In this document: positions 27,923 through 37,443 of the stretch, piece after piece
How the letters are laid out: every line of letters begins with the position of its first letter
Numbering within the stretch: position 1 is the first letter of the stretch
Source of the DNA: an uncultured Candidatus Micrarchaeota archaeon
GTDB taxonomy: Archaea > Micrarchaeota > Micrarchaeia > Micrarchaeales > Micrarchaeaceae
Reading direction: 5' to 3'
Assembly: GCA_963741095.1 (NCBI GenBank)
Contig: CAVUGN010000009.1
Location: 62,756-126,755 of the forward strand
DNA length: 64,000 nucleotides
The notes under the pieces: generated by a model
What the model saw: the letters and a program-made list of their open reading frames with translations, nothing else
What the model was told of the DNA's origin: nothing
Databases searched by the model: none
Translations under genes and position numbers: made by a program

Positions 27923-28692
27923 ATGGAGAAGTCAACTGCATCGCGCGAGCAACTCGGAAAAGATATTATATCAAGCATGTATCAGGAGCGAATGGTGCTT
28001 ACCTGGTATCGAGATAAACCCGAAGGATGGACCCTGGCAAGTGGACTATGGAGTCCCTTCTATGTGAACATGAGGCTGGTATCAAGCACCAAGAATCCTG
28101 AACTTTACAGAAACGCTGGCAAGGCCATAGGTATGCTGCTTGACGACATTGGTTTTGTGCCGGACGGCAAGCACAGGGTTGTGGGCGTGGCCATGGCTGG
28201 CATACCCCTGGCAAACGCGGTTACGTTGCAGAAAGGAATACCATCCCTTTACACCAGAAAGCTGCCCGAGGACGTCAAGAACCCGGAGAAACTGAACGAA
28301 TATCTTAAGGCCCACGGCCAGCATGCCATGGTCGAAGGAGAAATTGAATCTGGCGACAGATTGGCGATAATAGACGACTGGTGACCAAATTCGACAGCAA
28401 ATTACTGGCGAAGAGCCAGATAGACCAGGAAATCAAGGCAAGAAAGCTGGTTGATGTTACAGTAAACGATATTGTCGTGCTTATTGACCGGGAGCAGGGT
28501 GGTGCTGAGAGGGCCAAGAGCCTGGGCCTCAATCTGTGCTCCTTCATTCCGTTCACTTCCAAAGGGCTGGATTGGCTGAGGGGCGATCTTGCAGACATCG
28601 AGTACAAAACGATGGCTGATTACCTGAGAGACCCGATAAAATACCAGAACAAAGAGGTTCAAAACGATCTGAAAGAAATGGCAAGAAAGTGA
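27923..28692 (+). pseudogene. pyrE: orotate phosphoribosyltransferase with a 1-nt frameshift near 28379
   Basis: LASGLWSPFYVNMR; IIDD/(L)VT motif broken; LIDREQGG. Confidence 0.85.
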
Positions 28693-28705
28693 TGCGCACA
28701 ACGCT

Positions 28706-29179
28706 TCATTCTGGCGGCAGCTTCGGCAATGTTTTCTCCTCTGCGGGCGCGCTGCCTGCAGCTTCACCAGAAGCGGTTGCCTTGCCGCCGCGCTTGTTCT
28801 GCCTCTCGACTCTCGCGTTAGCGAACTCGACATTGAGATCCTCGGACGCGGTGCTGTCCATCCATGCCTTTATGTAAGTGGCTATATTCTTGAAAGGCTT
28901 AGTGAACCGGTCAGTCATCATGTAAGCGTTGTCCTCATGCTTCAGCATTCCAACCTCGACCGCGAAATCGAGATACCTCTTTGCCGTCGATATCGGTATG
29001 TTCTTCGGTACTTGTCTCAATCTGAGCTGCCCGTTCTTTTTCACTTCCAGAAGGAGCGACGAGAACCGGTAAGCCTCGGTCTCGTTGTCGAAGAACACCT
29101 TCGCTATCTCCTTGACGTTGACGTTCTTGAGCTTCTCCTTGAGAGGAGCATCCTCGAACTCCCAGTATTTTATGGGCAA
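28706..29179 (-). CDS. hypothetical protein, possible winged helix
   Basis: IPISTAKRYLDFAVEVGML; GGTG before TTG. Confidence 0.7.
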   Translation of the reverse strand: MPIKYWEFEDAPLKEKLKNVNVKEIAKVFFDNETEAYRFSSLLLEVKKNGQLRLRQVPKNIPISTAKRYLDFAVEVGMLKHEDNAYMMTDRFTKPFKNIATYIKAWMDSTASEDLNVEFANARVERQNKRGGKATASGEAAGSAPAEEKTLPKLPPE

Positions 29180-29202
29180 AGCAACACCAACAGGTTACAG
29201 TA

Positions 29203-30306
29203 TCATTTCTCCTTTATAAAAGTTATTGTGTCCCCGTCCTTGAGCACATGCTCCGCTCCGACGCGCTGCTTGCCGAATTTCGAGCTCGGTCCGGTCACAT
29301 AAGCGCTCTTCAGCTCGTCCGCCAATTCCGTGTGCAGCTTCTTCGCGGCGTCGATCACCTTCGCGTTCCTGTGCAGTATCACCGGCATCTTATGCTCGTC
29401 TTCGGTCCTCGGTTTCAGATACACGGTTATTATGTCGAGATTCCGGTATATGCACTCCTTCAGGGCATCGATGTTCCTGTTCTGCGTTGCGCTGACCGCT
29501 ATGACCTCGATCTTGTACATTTCCGATAATTTTTTCGCTATCTTCTCGTAGTCCTTGTTCGTGTCTATTTTGTTCAACACAACTATAGCCCTCATATAGT
29601 GCGCGTTGCCCGTGGCTATGGCTATGATGTCGTCAATGCCAACCCTCTCCTCTATCTTCACTTTCGCCCCGTACATGCCGAGGCTCGTCAGCACCTCCTT
29701 CAAATAAGCGTCATCTATCCCAGACTTGTTGACCTCGAATTCCAGGCTCTTGTTCAGGCCCGTCTCGATTATCCTGAACTTCGGCCTGCGCTCGTTTATG
29801 CGCACCCCAAGCGCCTTCAGTTCCCCCAGAAGTATGCCGAGATGGTCTGTGTTGTTCACATCGATAACAAAAATGACAAGATCCGACACGCGCATCGCTC
29901 CTATTACCGCCTTTCCTCCGCCAAGTCCGATGTGCGCGCCCTCTATGATTCCAGGCATATCAAACACCTGTATGTGCGCGTCGTGGTAAACCATCGTGCC
30001 CGGTATGATCGTCGTGGTCGTGAACGCGTATTCTGCAGTCTTCGACTTGGTGTTGGTTAAGACGTTTATGAGGGATGATTTGCCGACGCTAGGGAAACCT
30101 ACCAATGCGACAGTAGCGTCTCCGGACTTCTTCACGAAGAAGCCAACGCCCTTCGCGTTCCTGCTGGTGCTGATGATCTTCTTTATCTCCGCCATCTTGT
30201 GCCGGAGTGCACCGACTGCCTTGTTGGTCGCCTTGTTGTCCTTTGTTTTAGAGTATTCCTCCTTGAGATCTTCCAGCCGCTTCTCAAGGCCCTCCTTGTC
30301 TACCAT
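29203..30306 (-). CDS. DRG/OBG family GTPase with TGS domain
   Basis: GFPSVGKS, YAFTT, DMPG, NKID, QRVGAEHVLKDGD. Confidence 0.95.
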   Translation of the reverse strand: MVDKEGLEKRLEDLKEEYSKTKDNKATNKAVGALRHKMAEIKKIISTSRNAKGVGFFVKKSGDATVALVGFPSVGKSSLINVLTNTKSKTAEYAFTTTTIIPGTMVYHDAHIQVFDMPGIIEGAHIGLGGGKAVIGAMRVSDLVIFVIDVNNTDHLGILLGELKALGVRINERRPKFRIIETGLNKSLEFEVNKSGIDDAYLKEVLTSLGMYGAKVKIEERVGIDDIIAIATGNAHYMRAIVVLNKIDTNKDYEKIAKKLSEMYKIEVIAVSATQNRNIDALKECIYRNLDIITVYLKPRTEDEHKMPVILHRNAKVIDAAKKLHTELADELKSAYVTGPSSKFGKQRVGAEHVLKDGDTITFIKEK

Positions 30307-30445
30307 GATTTCCCTTTTTTGAATGAAATTCGTATCAATTAGTAAAATCTGTTGTATGCAAGTGAATGTAAGTGTAAAATGTAAGTTGATATTTATAAGC
30401 ATTGTTAAATAAATTTGCATTGATTGCTCTAACGAAGTGACAAGA

Positions 30446-30508
30446 ATGGCAAAGAAAACAAAGAAGAAGGCAAGCAAGTCAAAGAAAGGAAAGAAGAAGG
30501 GCTGGTAA
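30446..30508 (+). CDS. 20-aa Lys-rich micro-protein
   Basis: MAKKTKKKASKSKKGKKKGW; AGTGA SD; TTTATAA upstream; T-tracts downstream. Confidence 0.5.
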   Translation: MAKKTKKKASKSKKGKKKGW

Positions 30509-30569
30509 CAACCCCGCAAAAGAAAGTTGTTGCCATTTTTGGCCTAAATTTTCTATTTTTTGTTTTCTG

Positions 30570-31865
30570 TTACATCAGTCCCTTGAATCTCTTCTTCATG
30601 TTCCTGTCGTTCTTGAACATGCCGAACATCTTCTTCATCTTGTTGAAATCAGACACGAGCGCATGAACGTCCTTCTCGCTGGTGCCGCTGCCCTTCGCTA
30701 TCCTCGCTATCCTTCCGGGCTGGTGCAGGAGCTTCTCGTCGTTTCTTTCGGCTTTTGTCATCGATGATATTATGATCCTGTACTTGTTCAGCTTCTCGCC
30801 GCCCTGCTCCACGAGCTCCTTGGGCACGTCCGGAGCTCCCATCATGCCGAAGACATTCTTCAGCGGACCCATCTTCTCAATAGCCTTCAATTGGGTGTAG
30901 AAGGTATCGAAGTTCAGCTCTTCGGCCTGCATATCCTCGGGCTTTATGTTCGCCTCCTTAACCGCGGTCTGCACGTGCTCCACGAGTGCGCTTATGTTCG
31001 GTATGCCCAACAGCCCGCCTATGAACTTGCTGGCGTCGAACGGCTCTATGTCATTGAGCTTCTCGCCCATGCCTATGAACATCGCCCTTGCCTTGGCGGC
31101 GTTGGCCGCGCTGAGCGCGCCTCCGCCCTTTCCGGAGCCATCCATCTTCGTTATCAGAACTCCGGATATCTTGACCGCTTTGTCGAATTCCCTTGCCTGC
31201 CTGCCCGCTATCTGGCCTATGTCAGCGCTTATCACGAGCAGCTTTTCGTCAGGGTTGAATGCGCCTGAGACGTCCTTGAGCTCCTTTGTGAGATTCTCGT
31301 CCAGCGCGCTCCTGCCGCTGGTGTCGCATATCACGACCTGCTTGCCCTTGAACTTCTCTAGAGCCTGCTTCACTATCTTTACGGGGTCCTTTTCCTTCTC
31401 GTCGCCGTAGAATGGCACATTGGCCTGTTCGGCCAGCGTCTTCAGCTGCCGGTAAGCTGCAGGCCTTGAGACGTCGCAGCATATCAATGCGGCGCTCAAT
31501 CCCCTGTCTTGATAGAACTTCGCGAGCTTTGCTGCGCTTGTGGTCTTCCCGGATCCATAAAGACCCAGAAGGAGTATGCGCCGCGCCGCCATGTCCGGCA
31601 CGTACGACGCGCCGAGCAGTTTCACAAGCTCGTCGTAAACGATGTTCGTTATGTAATCTTTTGCCGCCAGTCCCGAAGGCGGTTTGCTCTTCAGCGCCTT
31701 CTCCTCCACGTTCTTCGTGAATTCAAGAACCAGCGATACCTCTACGTCAGAGCTCAGCAGCGTCTTCTGGAGCTCCTTGCTGAACTCCTTTATCGTTGAG
31801 GCGTCTATTATCGTTGCCCGGGTGAGCTTCGCTATCGCCTGCCTTAGGCCCTCTCCCAAATCCAT
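30570..31865 (-). CDS. srp54: signal recognition particle protein SRP54
   Basis: GSGKTT, DTSGR, TKMDGSGKGGGALS, RIAKGSG. Confidence 0.96.
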   Translation of the reverse strand: MDLGEGLRQAIAKLTRATIIDASTIKEFSKELQKTLLSSDVEVSLVLEFTKNVEEKALKSKPPSGLAAKDYITNIVYDELVKLLGASYVPDMAARRILLLGLYGSGKTTSAAKLAKFYQDRGLSAALICCDVSRPAAYRQLKTLAEQANVPFYGDEKEKDPVKIVKQALEKFKGKQVVICDTSGRSALDENLTKELKDVSGAFNPDEKLLVISADIGQIAGRQAREFDKAVKISGVLITKMDGSGKGGGALSAANAAKARAMFIGMGEKLNDIEPFDASKFIGGLLGIPNISALVEHVQTAVKEANIKPEDMQAEELNFDTFYTQLKAIEKMGPLKNVFGMMGAPDVPKELVEQGGEKLNKYRIIISSMTKAERNDEKLLHQPGRIARIAKGSGTSEKDVHALVSDFNKMKKMFGMFKNDRNMKKRFKGLM

Positions 31866-31930
31866 ACAATCTTATAAAAGCTATGAATTTCCATTTATAT
31901 ATTTGTTTGTCTAATAGAAATCGTGGTGTC

Positions 31931-33061
31931 TTGAAGGTAATAATTGCGCAATCGAACCTGACGCTCAGGGGAGGCGCGGAGCGTATCGTGCTGAAAGTAG
32001 CGCAGCACTACGATGCGAAAATATACACTGCCGAATACGATGCCAGCGGCACCTACGAGGGATTCAAGGATCTCGACATCAGCGTCGTGAAGAAGGGCTT
32101 CGTATCGAGCATGCTCCCATACGGCCGCGTTTCGCAGGGGCTTCACTATGGGTTGTCTTTCTACGGCCTGAAAATAAAAGAGGATTACGACGTGATAAAC
32201 GCGCACATCGCGCCCAGCCACTGGATCCGGAACAGGAACGAGCGCGTCCTTTGGTACGTCCACACGCCTCTGAGGGACCTGTACGATCTTTACCAGTACC
32301 GGCTTTCGCTGAAGAAGAGCTACCAGAAGCCGATTCATATCGCCGGCACGAGCGCGGCAAGGGTGCTGGACCAGTCGGTCGTGAAAAAGATAGAGGGGAT
32401 AGTCGCTAACAGCGAGAACACCCAATCACGGGTGACGAAATACTACAAAAGGGATTCCAAGGTCATCGGCGGGGGCATAGACTACGAGGGCTACAAAAAC
32501 GACGGCGATGGCAAATATTTCCTGTATCCGTCAAGGATATCCCCAAACAAGCGCCAGGAATATGCGCTGAGGGCCTTCGAGATCTTCAAGCGAAGGACAA
32601 AGGGGTACAAGCTCGTCCTCGCCGGGGCGGTTTCAAAGGACAAGACCTACGAGAATTATTACCTGAAGATCAAGGAGCTGGCGAAGAGGGTTGGAGACGT
32701 AAAGATCACCACCAACGCAAGCGACGAGGCGCTGAAGAGGCTGTACTCAAGATCCACCGCCGTGCTCTACGCGCCGATGAACGAGGATTACGGTCTCGTG
32801 CCTCTCGAGGGCATGGCAAGCTCGAAGCCGGTCATATCCGTAAACGAGGGAGGCCCGAAGGAGACTATAACGAGCGGAAAGACCGGGTTCCTGGTCAACG
32901 ACGAGCTCGAAATGGCGAACACGATGCGGCTTCTTGCCGAGAATCCGTCACTCGCAGAGAAGACCGGCAAGCAGGCGAGAAAGAGCGTCGTGGCTGAGCA
33001 CTCATGGAAGGAATTCTTCAGGGTCTTCGACAAGGAGATGAGGAAAGTTGCCGGCCGTTAG
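31931..33061 (+). CDS. GT4 family glycosyltransferase
   Basis: GGAER, EDYGLVPLEGMA. Confidence 0.92.
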   Translation: MKVIIAQSNLTLRGGAERIVLKVAQHYDAKIYTAEYDASGTYEGFKDLDISVVKKGFVSSMLPYGRVSQGLHYGLSFYGLKIKEDYDVINAHIAPSHWIRNRNERVLWYVHTPLRDLYDLYQYRLSLKKSYQKPIHIAGTSAARVLDQSVVKKIEGIVANSENTQSRVTKYYKRDSKVIGGGIDYEGYKNDGDGKYFLYPSRISPNKRQEYALRAFEIFKRRTKGYKLVLAGAVSKDKTYENYYLKIKELAKRVGDVKITTNASDEALKRLYSRSTAVLYAPMNEDYGLVPLEGMASSKPVISVNEGGPKETITSGKTGFLVNDELEMANTMRLLAENPSLAEKTGKQARKSVVAEHSWKEFFRVFDKEMRKVAGR

Positions 33062-33444
33062 GCGTTTGCCTTCCTCTTTGCGATCCTTGCAGCGTTCTCC
33101 GCCCTTATCTGGGCCCTTGTCTGCGGAGGATTGACCGATATCACATACTTGGACACGACCTTTGATGCGTAGGCAAGCACGCGCTTGACATTCGCCTCGG
33201 ACTTCGTGCCTGTGCATATCAGCTTCCCGTTCTTGAAAAGTATGATAACTGCCTTTGGCTCGGCTATCCTGTATATCGCACCAGGGAACTGCTCCGGCTC
33301 ATAATCGACCGCCCGGATGTCCTTTGACAGCGCATAGAGGTCTATGGTCGCATGCAGGTCTCCGCTAACAACACGGTTCTGTACTTTTATCGGCGGCACC
33401 TTTATGTGCGTCAACTTCTTCACTGCAGTCTTTTCTACCGTCAA
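33058..33444 (-). CDS. TATA-binding-protein homologue with a single TBP repeat
   Basis: YEPEQFPGAIYR, ILFKNGKLICTG; only 128 aa. Confidence 0.85.
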   Translation of the reverse strand: MTVEKTAVKKLTHIKVPPIKVQNRVVSGDLHATIDLYALSKDIRAVDYEPEQFPGAIYRIAEPKAVIILFKNGKLICTGTKSEANVKRVLAYASKVVSKYVISVNPPQTRAQIRAENAARIAKRKANA

Positions 33445-33508
33445 ATCACCACAATAGGTTTTTATATGAAAAGATTTATATACTAGTTAAACTGCCACTC
33501 CTGATCGC

Positions 33509-34621
33509 ATGGACAAGCGCGTTACAATAATCGGTGCGGGCGTGATAGGGCTTACTCTCGCAAAGGAGCTTGCGCTCAACGGAATAGAGGTGGAAGTCTA
33601 CGATTCTAAGAAGAATGCATCGGAAGGGCAGGCAAAGGCCAGCGGCATACTCTCAATAACCGGCCTGGAAAGCGCCGGGCTGCCCTACAAAGAGGGCATA
33701 ATCAACACGCTCAACGGCGCGGTGCTCCATGCTGGCAATGAGACGCTCAAGATAAAATCCGACAGGGCAATGGCGTACGTGGTCGACAGGGGCCTGTTGG
33801 CCGAATCGTGCATGGGCATGGCAAAGGATGCCGGTGCAACCATAACTCTTGGAAGGAGGGTCAGCAGGAATGACGTTCTGGGCATCGCCAAGGAAAGGAA
33901 CAGCATACTCGTTGGCGCCGACGGTGCTGTTTCAACCGTCGCCAGCGCGTTCGGATTCCCGAGCATAAACGATTACGTGCTGACCTACAAGGCAGAGTAC
34001 GAGCGCGCAAACATCCGCGACAAGGGCGCGGTCAATCTCTTTTTCTCAAACGAGGTCGCCAACGGCTTCTTCGGGTGGACCGTCCCGCATTCCAGCCACA
34101 GGATGGAGGTGGGGCTCGGCATAAGCGTGAAGGCGAGAGCCGACAGCTACACTGCGTTCAGAAAATTCCTGGAAGACGAATCGCTCGGCTCGCTGCTCAA
34201 GGGTTCAAGGAAGATAAACGGCTACGCCAGCGTGATACCGCTGGGTCGCAGGAAAATCACCGCAAAGGGCAACGTGCTCCTTGTGGGAGACGCGGCTGGC
34301 CAGGTGAAATCGACGACCGGCGGAGGAATAATATTCGGATCGCTCTGCGCCAAGGTCCTCGCAAAGACGATCATAGGCAACGTCAAGCGGGGCCTGCCGC
34401 TCTCGGCCTACGATAAAGAGTGGAAGAAAAGATACGGAGCGGAGCTCAAACTCCACGGCATACTGCACGCGTATTACTCGAGCCTTGACACGAAGAGCTT
34501 CGAGATCCTGCTAAAACTCTCAAAGATGTTCGGCACGGGCGAGTTCCTTGGCAAATACGGGGACATGGACCGCCCCAGTCTGATGCTGAAGAGATTCTTC
34601 CTCAGGGGACTGGCAAAATAG
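33509..34621 (+). CDS. geranylgeranyl reductase family FAD oxidoreductase
   Basis: IGAGVIG, GADG, GDAAGQVKSTTGGGI. Confidence 0.9.
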   Translation: MDKRVTIIGAGVIGLTLAKELALNGIEVEVYDSKKNASEGQAKASGILSITGLESAGLPYKEGIINTLNGAVLHAGNETLKIKSDRAMAYVVDRGLLAESCMGMAKDAGATITLGRRVSRNDVLGIAKERNSILVGADGAVSTVASAFGFPSINDYVLTYKAEYERANIRDKGAVNLFFSNEVANGFFGWTVPHSSHRMEVGLGISVKARADSYTAFRKFLEDESLGSLLKGSRKINGYASVIPLGRRKITAKGNVLLVGDAAGQVKSTTGGGIIFGSLCAKVLAKTIIGNVKRGLPLSAYDKEWKKRYGAELKLHGILHAYYSSLDTKSFEILLKLSKMFGTGEFLGKYGDMDRPSLMLKRFFLRGLAK

Positions 34622-36029
34622 CCCGCACTTCAATTATCGATTTTGCTGCCGCGGCGGCCGCAGAGATGAGCGGCTGCGGATAGGCGCCCAGGACGACTAT
34701 CACGACGACCGCAGCGAGCGCGACCGCAAGGGCGAACATCTCCGTCTTGATCTTCTCGCTCTGCTTCTTGGCGTACATCGCGCTTATCACCTTGGCGTAA
34801 TAGTACATCGATATGAAACTGTTCAACACCCCGAGCACGGCGAGCATGACGAGGTTCGCGTCGATTGCGCTGGAGAAGAGGAGGAACTTGCCGTCGAAGC
34901 CGAGCAACGGCGGTATCCCTGCCATCGAGAGCATGAGTATCGTCAATGTGATCGCAGCATACCTGTTCCTGTTGCCCAGGCCGGTGTAATCATTAACCGT
35001 CTTCAGGTTGAGCGATTCCATCCAGAGCACTATCGAGAAGGCGCCGATTATCATGAACGAGTGCGCGAATATCTGCACCAGGCTTGCCTCCACTCCGAAC
35101 TGGGTGGCCGCTGCCATGCCCATCATTATGTAACCCGCCTGGGCTATCGAGGAATATGAGAGCATCCTCTTCACGTCGTCCTGGACCAGCGCGATGATGT
35201 TCCCGAACAGCATCGTGGCTATCGAGAGTATCATGAACACCATAGAGACCATGCTCTTCTGCGCCGCGAAGACAAGGAAGAATATGAGCATGAACGCGGC
35301 GAACGCGGCCTTCTTGTTCACTCCGGCCAGCAGCGCCGTCACGTTGCCAGGGGATCCCTGGTAGACGTCGGGAACCCAGAAATTGAACGGGAAAAGCGCG
35401 GTTTCAAACGCCATCGCAGCTGCGAAGAGAAGCATCGCCAGCGTGACAAGATAGCTCCCGCCTACGTTGATGTTCTGTATGAACTGGTTCAGCATCAGGC
35501 CGGGATTGTACGGGAATATCAGCGCCAGAGCGAAGGAGAACACCGCTATCGAAACGGAGCTGAGCACGAACAATTTCACCGCGGCCTCCATGTTCCTCTT
35601 GCCCCCAAGCATTATCATGAACGACGTTGAGACGGAGATCAGCTCCAGGCCCAGGAACACCGAGAGCAAAGAGACCGAGGCCGACACCATCACCATCCCC
35701 ATGAAGGCGAAGCTGATGAGCAGCGACATGCTCGGATAATCGTCCGAATACCTGTAGGACAGGGTGTTGATCAGCATCATGCCTGCGGACAGCAGCATGA
35801 TGAAGAACAGCGAGAACGGGTAGAAGTTGAGGGCCCCAAGCAGCAACACGCTCATGTTCGCGGCCAACATGTAGAGCGCGACGACCGAGGCCACGGCAAA
35901 AAGCGCCGTGCTCACCAGGAACTGCGCATCCTTGTTCTTCTTCAGCATAGAAACGACTGCGGAGACGATGAGGAGCATCATCGCTGCCAGAATGGTGCTT
36001 GGCATCCCAATCGCGATAATTCCGGTCAT
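34602..36029 (-). CDS. nuoN: complex I-like subunit N
   Basis: PFNFWVPDVYQGSP, KRMLSYSSI, GIPPLLGF. Confidence 0.92.
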   Translation of the reverse strand: MTGIIAIGMPSTILAAMMLLIVSAVVSMLKKNKDAQFLVSTALFAVASVVALYMLAANMSVLLLGALNFYPFSLFFIMLLSAGMMLINTLSYRYSDDYPSMSLLISFAFMGMVMVSASVSLLSVFLGLELISVSTSFMIMLGGKRNMEAAVKLFVLSSVSIAVFSFALALIFPYNPGLMLNQFIQNINVGGSYLVTLAMLLFAAAMAFETALFPFNFWVPDVYQGSPGNVTALLAGVNKKAAFAAFMLIFFLVFAAQKSMVSMVFMILSIATMLFGNIIALVQDDVKRMLSYSSIAQAGYIMMGMAAATQFGVEASLVQIFAHSFMIIGAFSIVLWMESLNLKTVNDYTGLGNRNRYAAITLTILMLSMAGIPPLLGFDGKFLLFSSAIDANLVMLAVLGVLNSFISMYYYAKVISAMYAKKQSEKIKTEMFALAVALAAVVVIVVLGAYPQPLISAAAAAAKSIIEVRAILPVP

Positions 36030-36030
36030 C

Positions 36031-37443
36031 CTACAACCTCACCAGATTCAGTATAACGAACGGCATCAACCCGAAGAAGAACAGCGAGCATGCCAATATG
36101 AGGTAACCGATGTGCTGGTCCGTGCTGATATAATTCACCGCGGTGGAGTGCTCTCTGCTCGAGAGCATGGACTTGCTTATCACGTAATAGAGGTACGCTC
36201 CAAGTAGAATCAGCGCGACCAGCGGCAGTGTCCCGATTGCGCCGAACGTCTGTGCCGAGCCCATGAATACGAGTATGTCTGCGACGAATCCGGCAGTCAG
36301 CGGCAGGCCCAGAGTCGCCACAGTGGCCACGATGAAGGCGTAGGTCGTGAAACTCGATTCTACCACGGTGCCCCTGAGCACCTTCAGGTCGCGCTCGCCG
36401 AAGGTGTACTTGAAGCAACCGACAACGAGGAACATCAGAGCCACCCCGAGGCCGTGCGCCAGCATCCCGTACGCTGCTCCGTAGGTGCCAAAGCTGTTGA
36501 GCGAGCTTATGCCCACCATTATTATGCCCATCTCCACCACTGTCGAGTAGGCCGCGATTTTCTTCATGTCCGTCTGCTTCATCAGCACAAGGACCGAGTA
36601 GAACGCCGATATCGCCGCAAGCACGACTATGTACGGCGCATACTTCGCAGATATGGGCAGCATCGTGAACAGCATCAGCATGCCAAAGGCCCCGAACTTC
36701 GTCATTATCCCTGAAAGCAGCATGGAACCCTGCGTGGATGCCTCGGTGTGCGCCGCAGGCAGCCAGAAGTGCATCGGGAAGAGCGGCATGTTGGTCATGA
36801 AAGCCAGGAACAGGACCGCAAATATCAGCTCCTGTGTCGCCTGCGGAATCTGGCTCGCGTTCACGATTATGTACTGCATGTCGAACGAGTGCAGCGGCGT
36901 GTAGAAGTATATCAGGAGTATGCCGAGCAGCAGCAGCGCGCTGGCGAAGATCTCATAGATCAAGAAGTTCATCGATGCGTTCCTCCTGTTCGCCAATCCC
37001 AGCACGTTTATCATGAAGAACATCGCTATGACGCCTATGTCCCAGAAGATGAAGAACAGGAACAGGTTGGCCGAGGTGAACAGCCCCACCGAGGCTATCT
37101 GGAACATTACTATCAGCGCGGATGATACCTTCGGCTTCTCGTTCTCCGGGTTGCCCGCTATCACGGCAGACAGCAGCACAATGGAAGACATCAAAAGCAG
37201 CATGAGCGACACGGCGTTGATCCTGAAGCTCAGGCTTATCATGAGCGATCCCAGGTAAGGATAGATCTCGAGCACGTTGACCTTGCCGTTAATGAGCGAG
37301 ACGGCAAGCACCACGAGCGTGAGCATGAACCCAAGGAACGTGGAGGCGATCGCAATCTTCCTGCTGAAGTAGCGATTCAATGAGAATATCAGCGCCAATG
37401 CCAGGGTCGGGACGAAAAGCATCCAGATTATTATCGGAATCAT
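36031..37443 (-). CDS. nuoM: complex I-like subunit M
   Basis: PMHFWLPAAHTEA, KKIAAYS. Confidence 0.92.
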   Translation of the reverse strand: MIPIIIWMLFVPTLALALIFSLNRYFSRKIAIASTFLGFMLTLVVLAVSLINGKVNVLEIYPYLGSLMISLSFRINAVSLMLLLMSSIVLLSAVIAGNPENEKPKVSSALIVMFQIASVGLFTSANLFLFFIFWDIGVIAMFFMINVLGLANRRNASMNFLIYEIFASALLLLGILLIYFYTPLHSFDMQYIIVNASQIPQATQELIFAVLFLAFMTNMPLFPMHFWLPAAHTEASTQGSMLLSGIMTKFGAFGMLMLFTMLPISAKYAPYIVVLAAISAFYSVLVLMKQTDMKKIAAYSTVVEMGIIMVGISSLNSFGTYGAAYGMLAHGLGVALMFLVVGCFKYTFGERDLKVLRGTVVESSFTTYAFIVATVATLGLPLTAGFVADILVFMGSAQTFGAIGTLPLVALILLGAYLYYVISKSMLSSREHSTAVNYISTDQHIGYLILACSLFFFGLMPFVILNLVRL

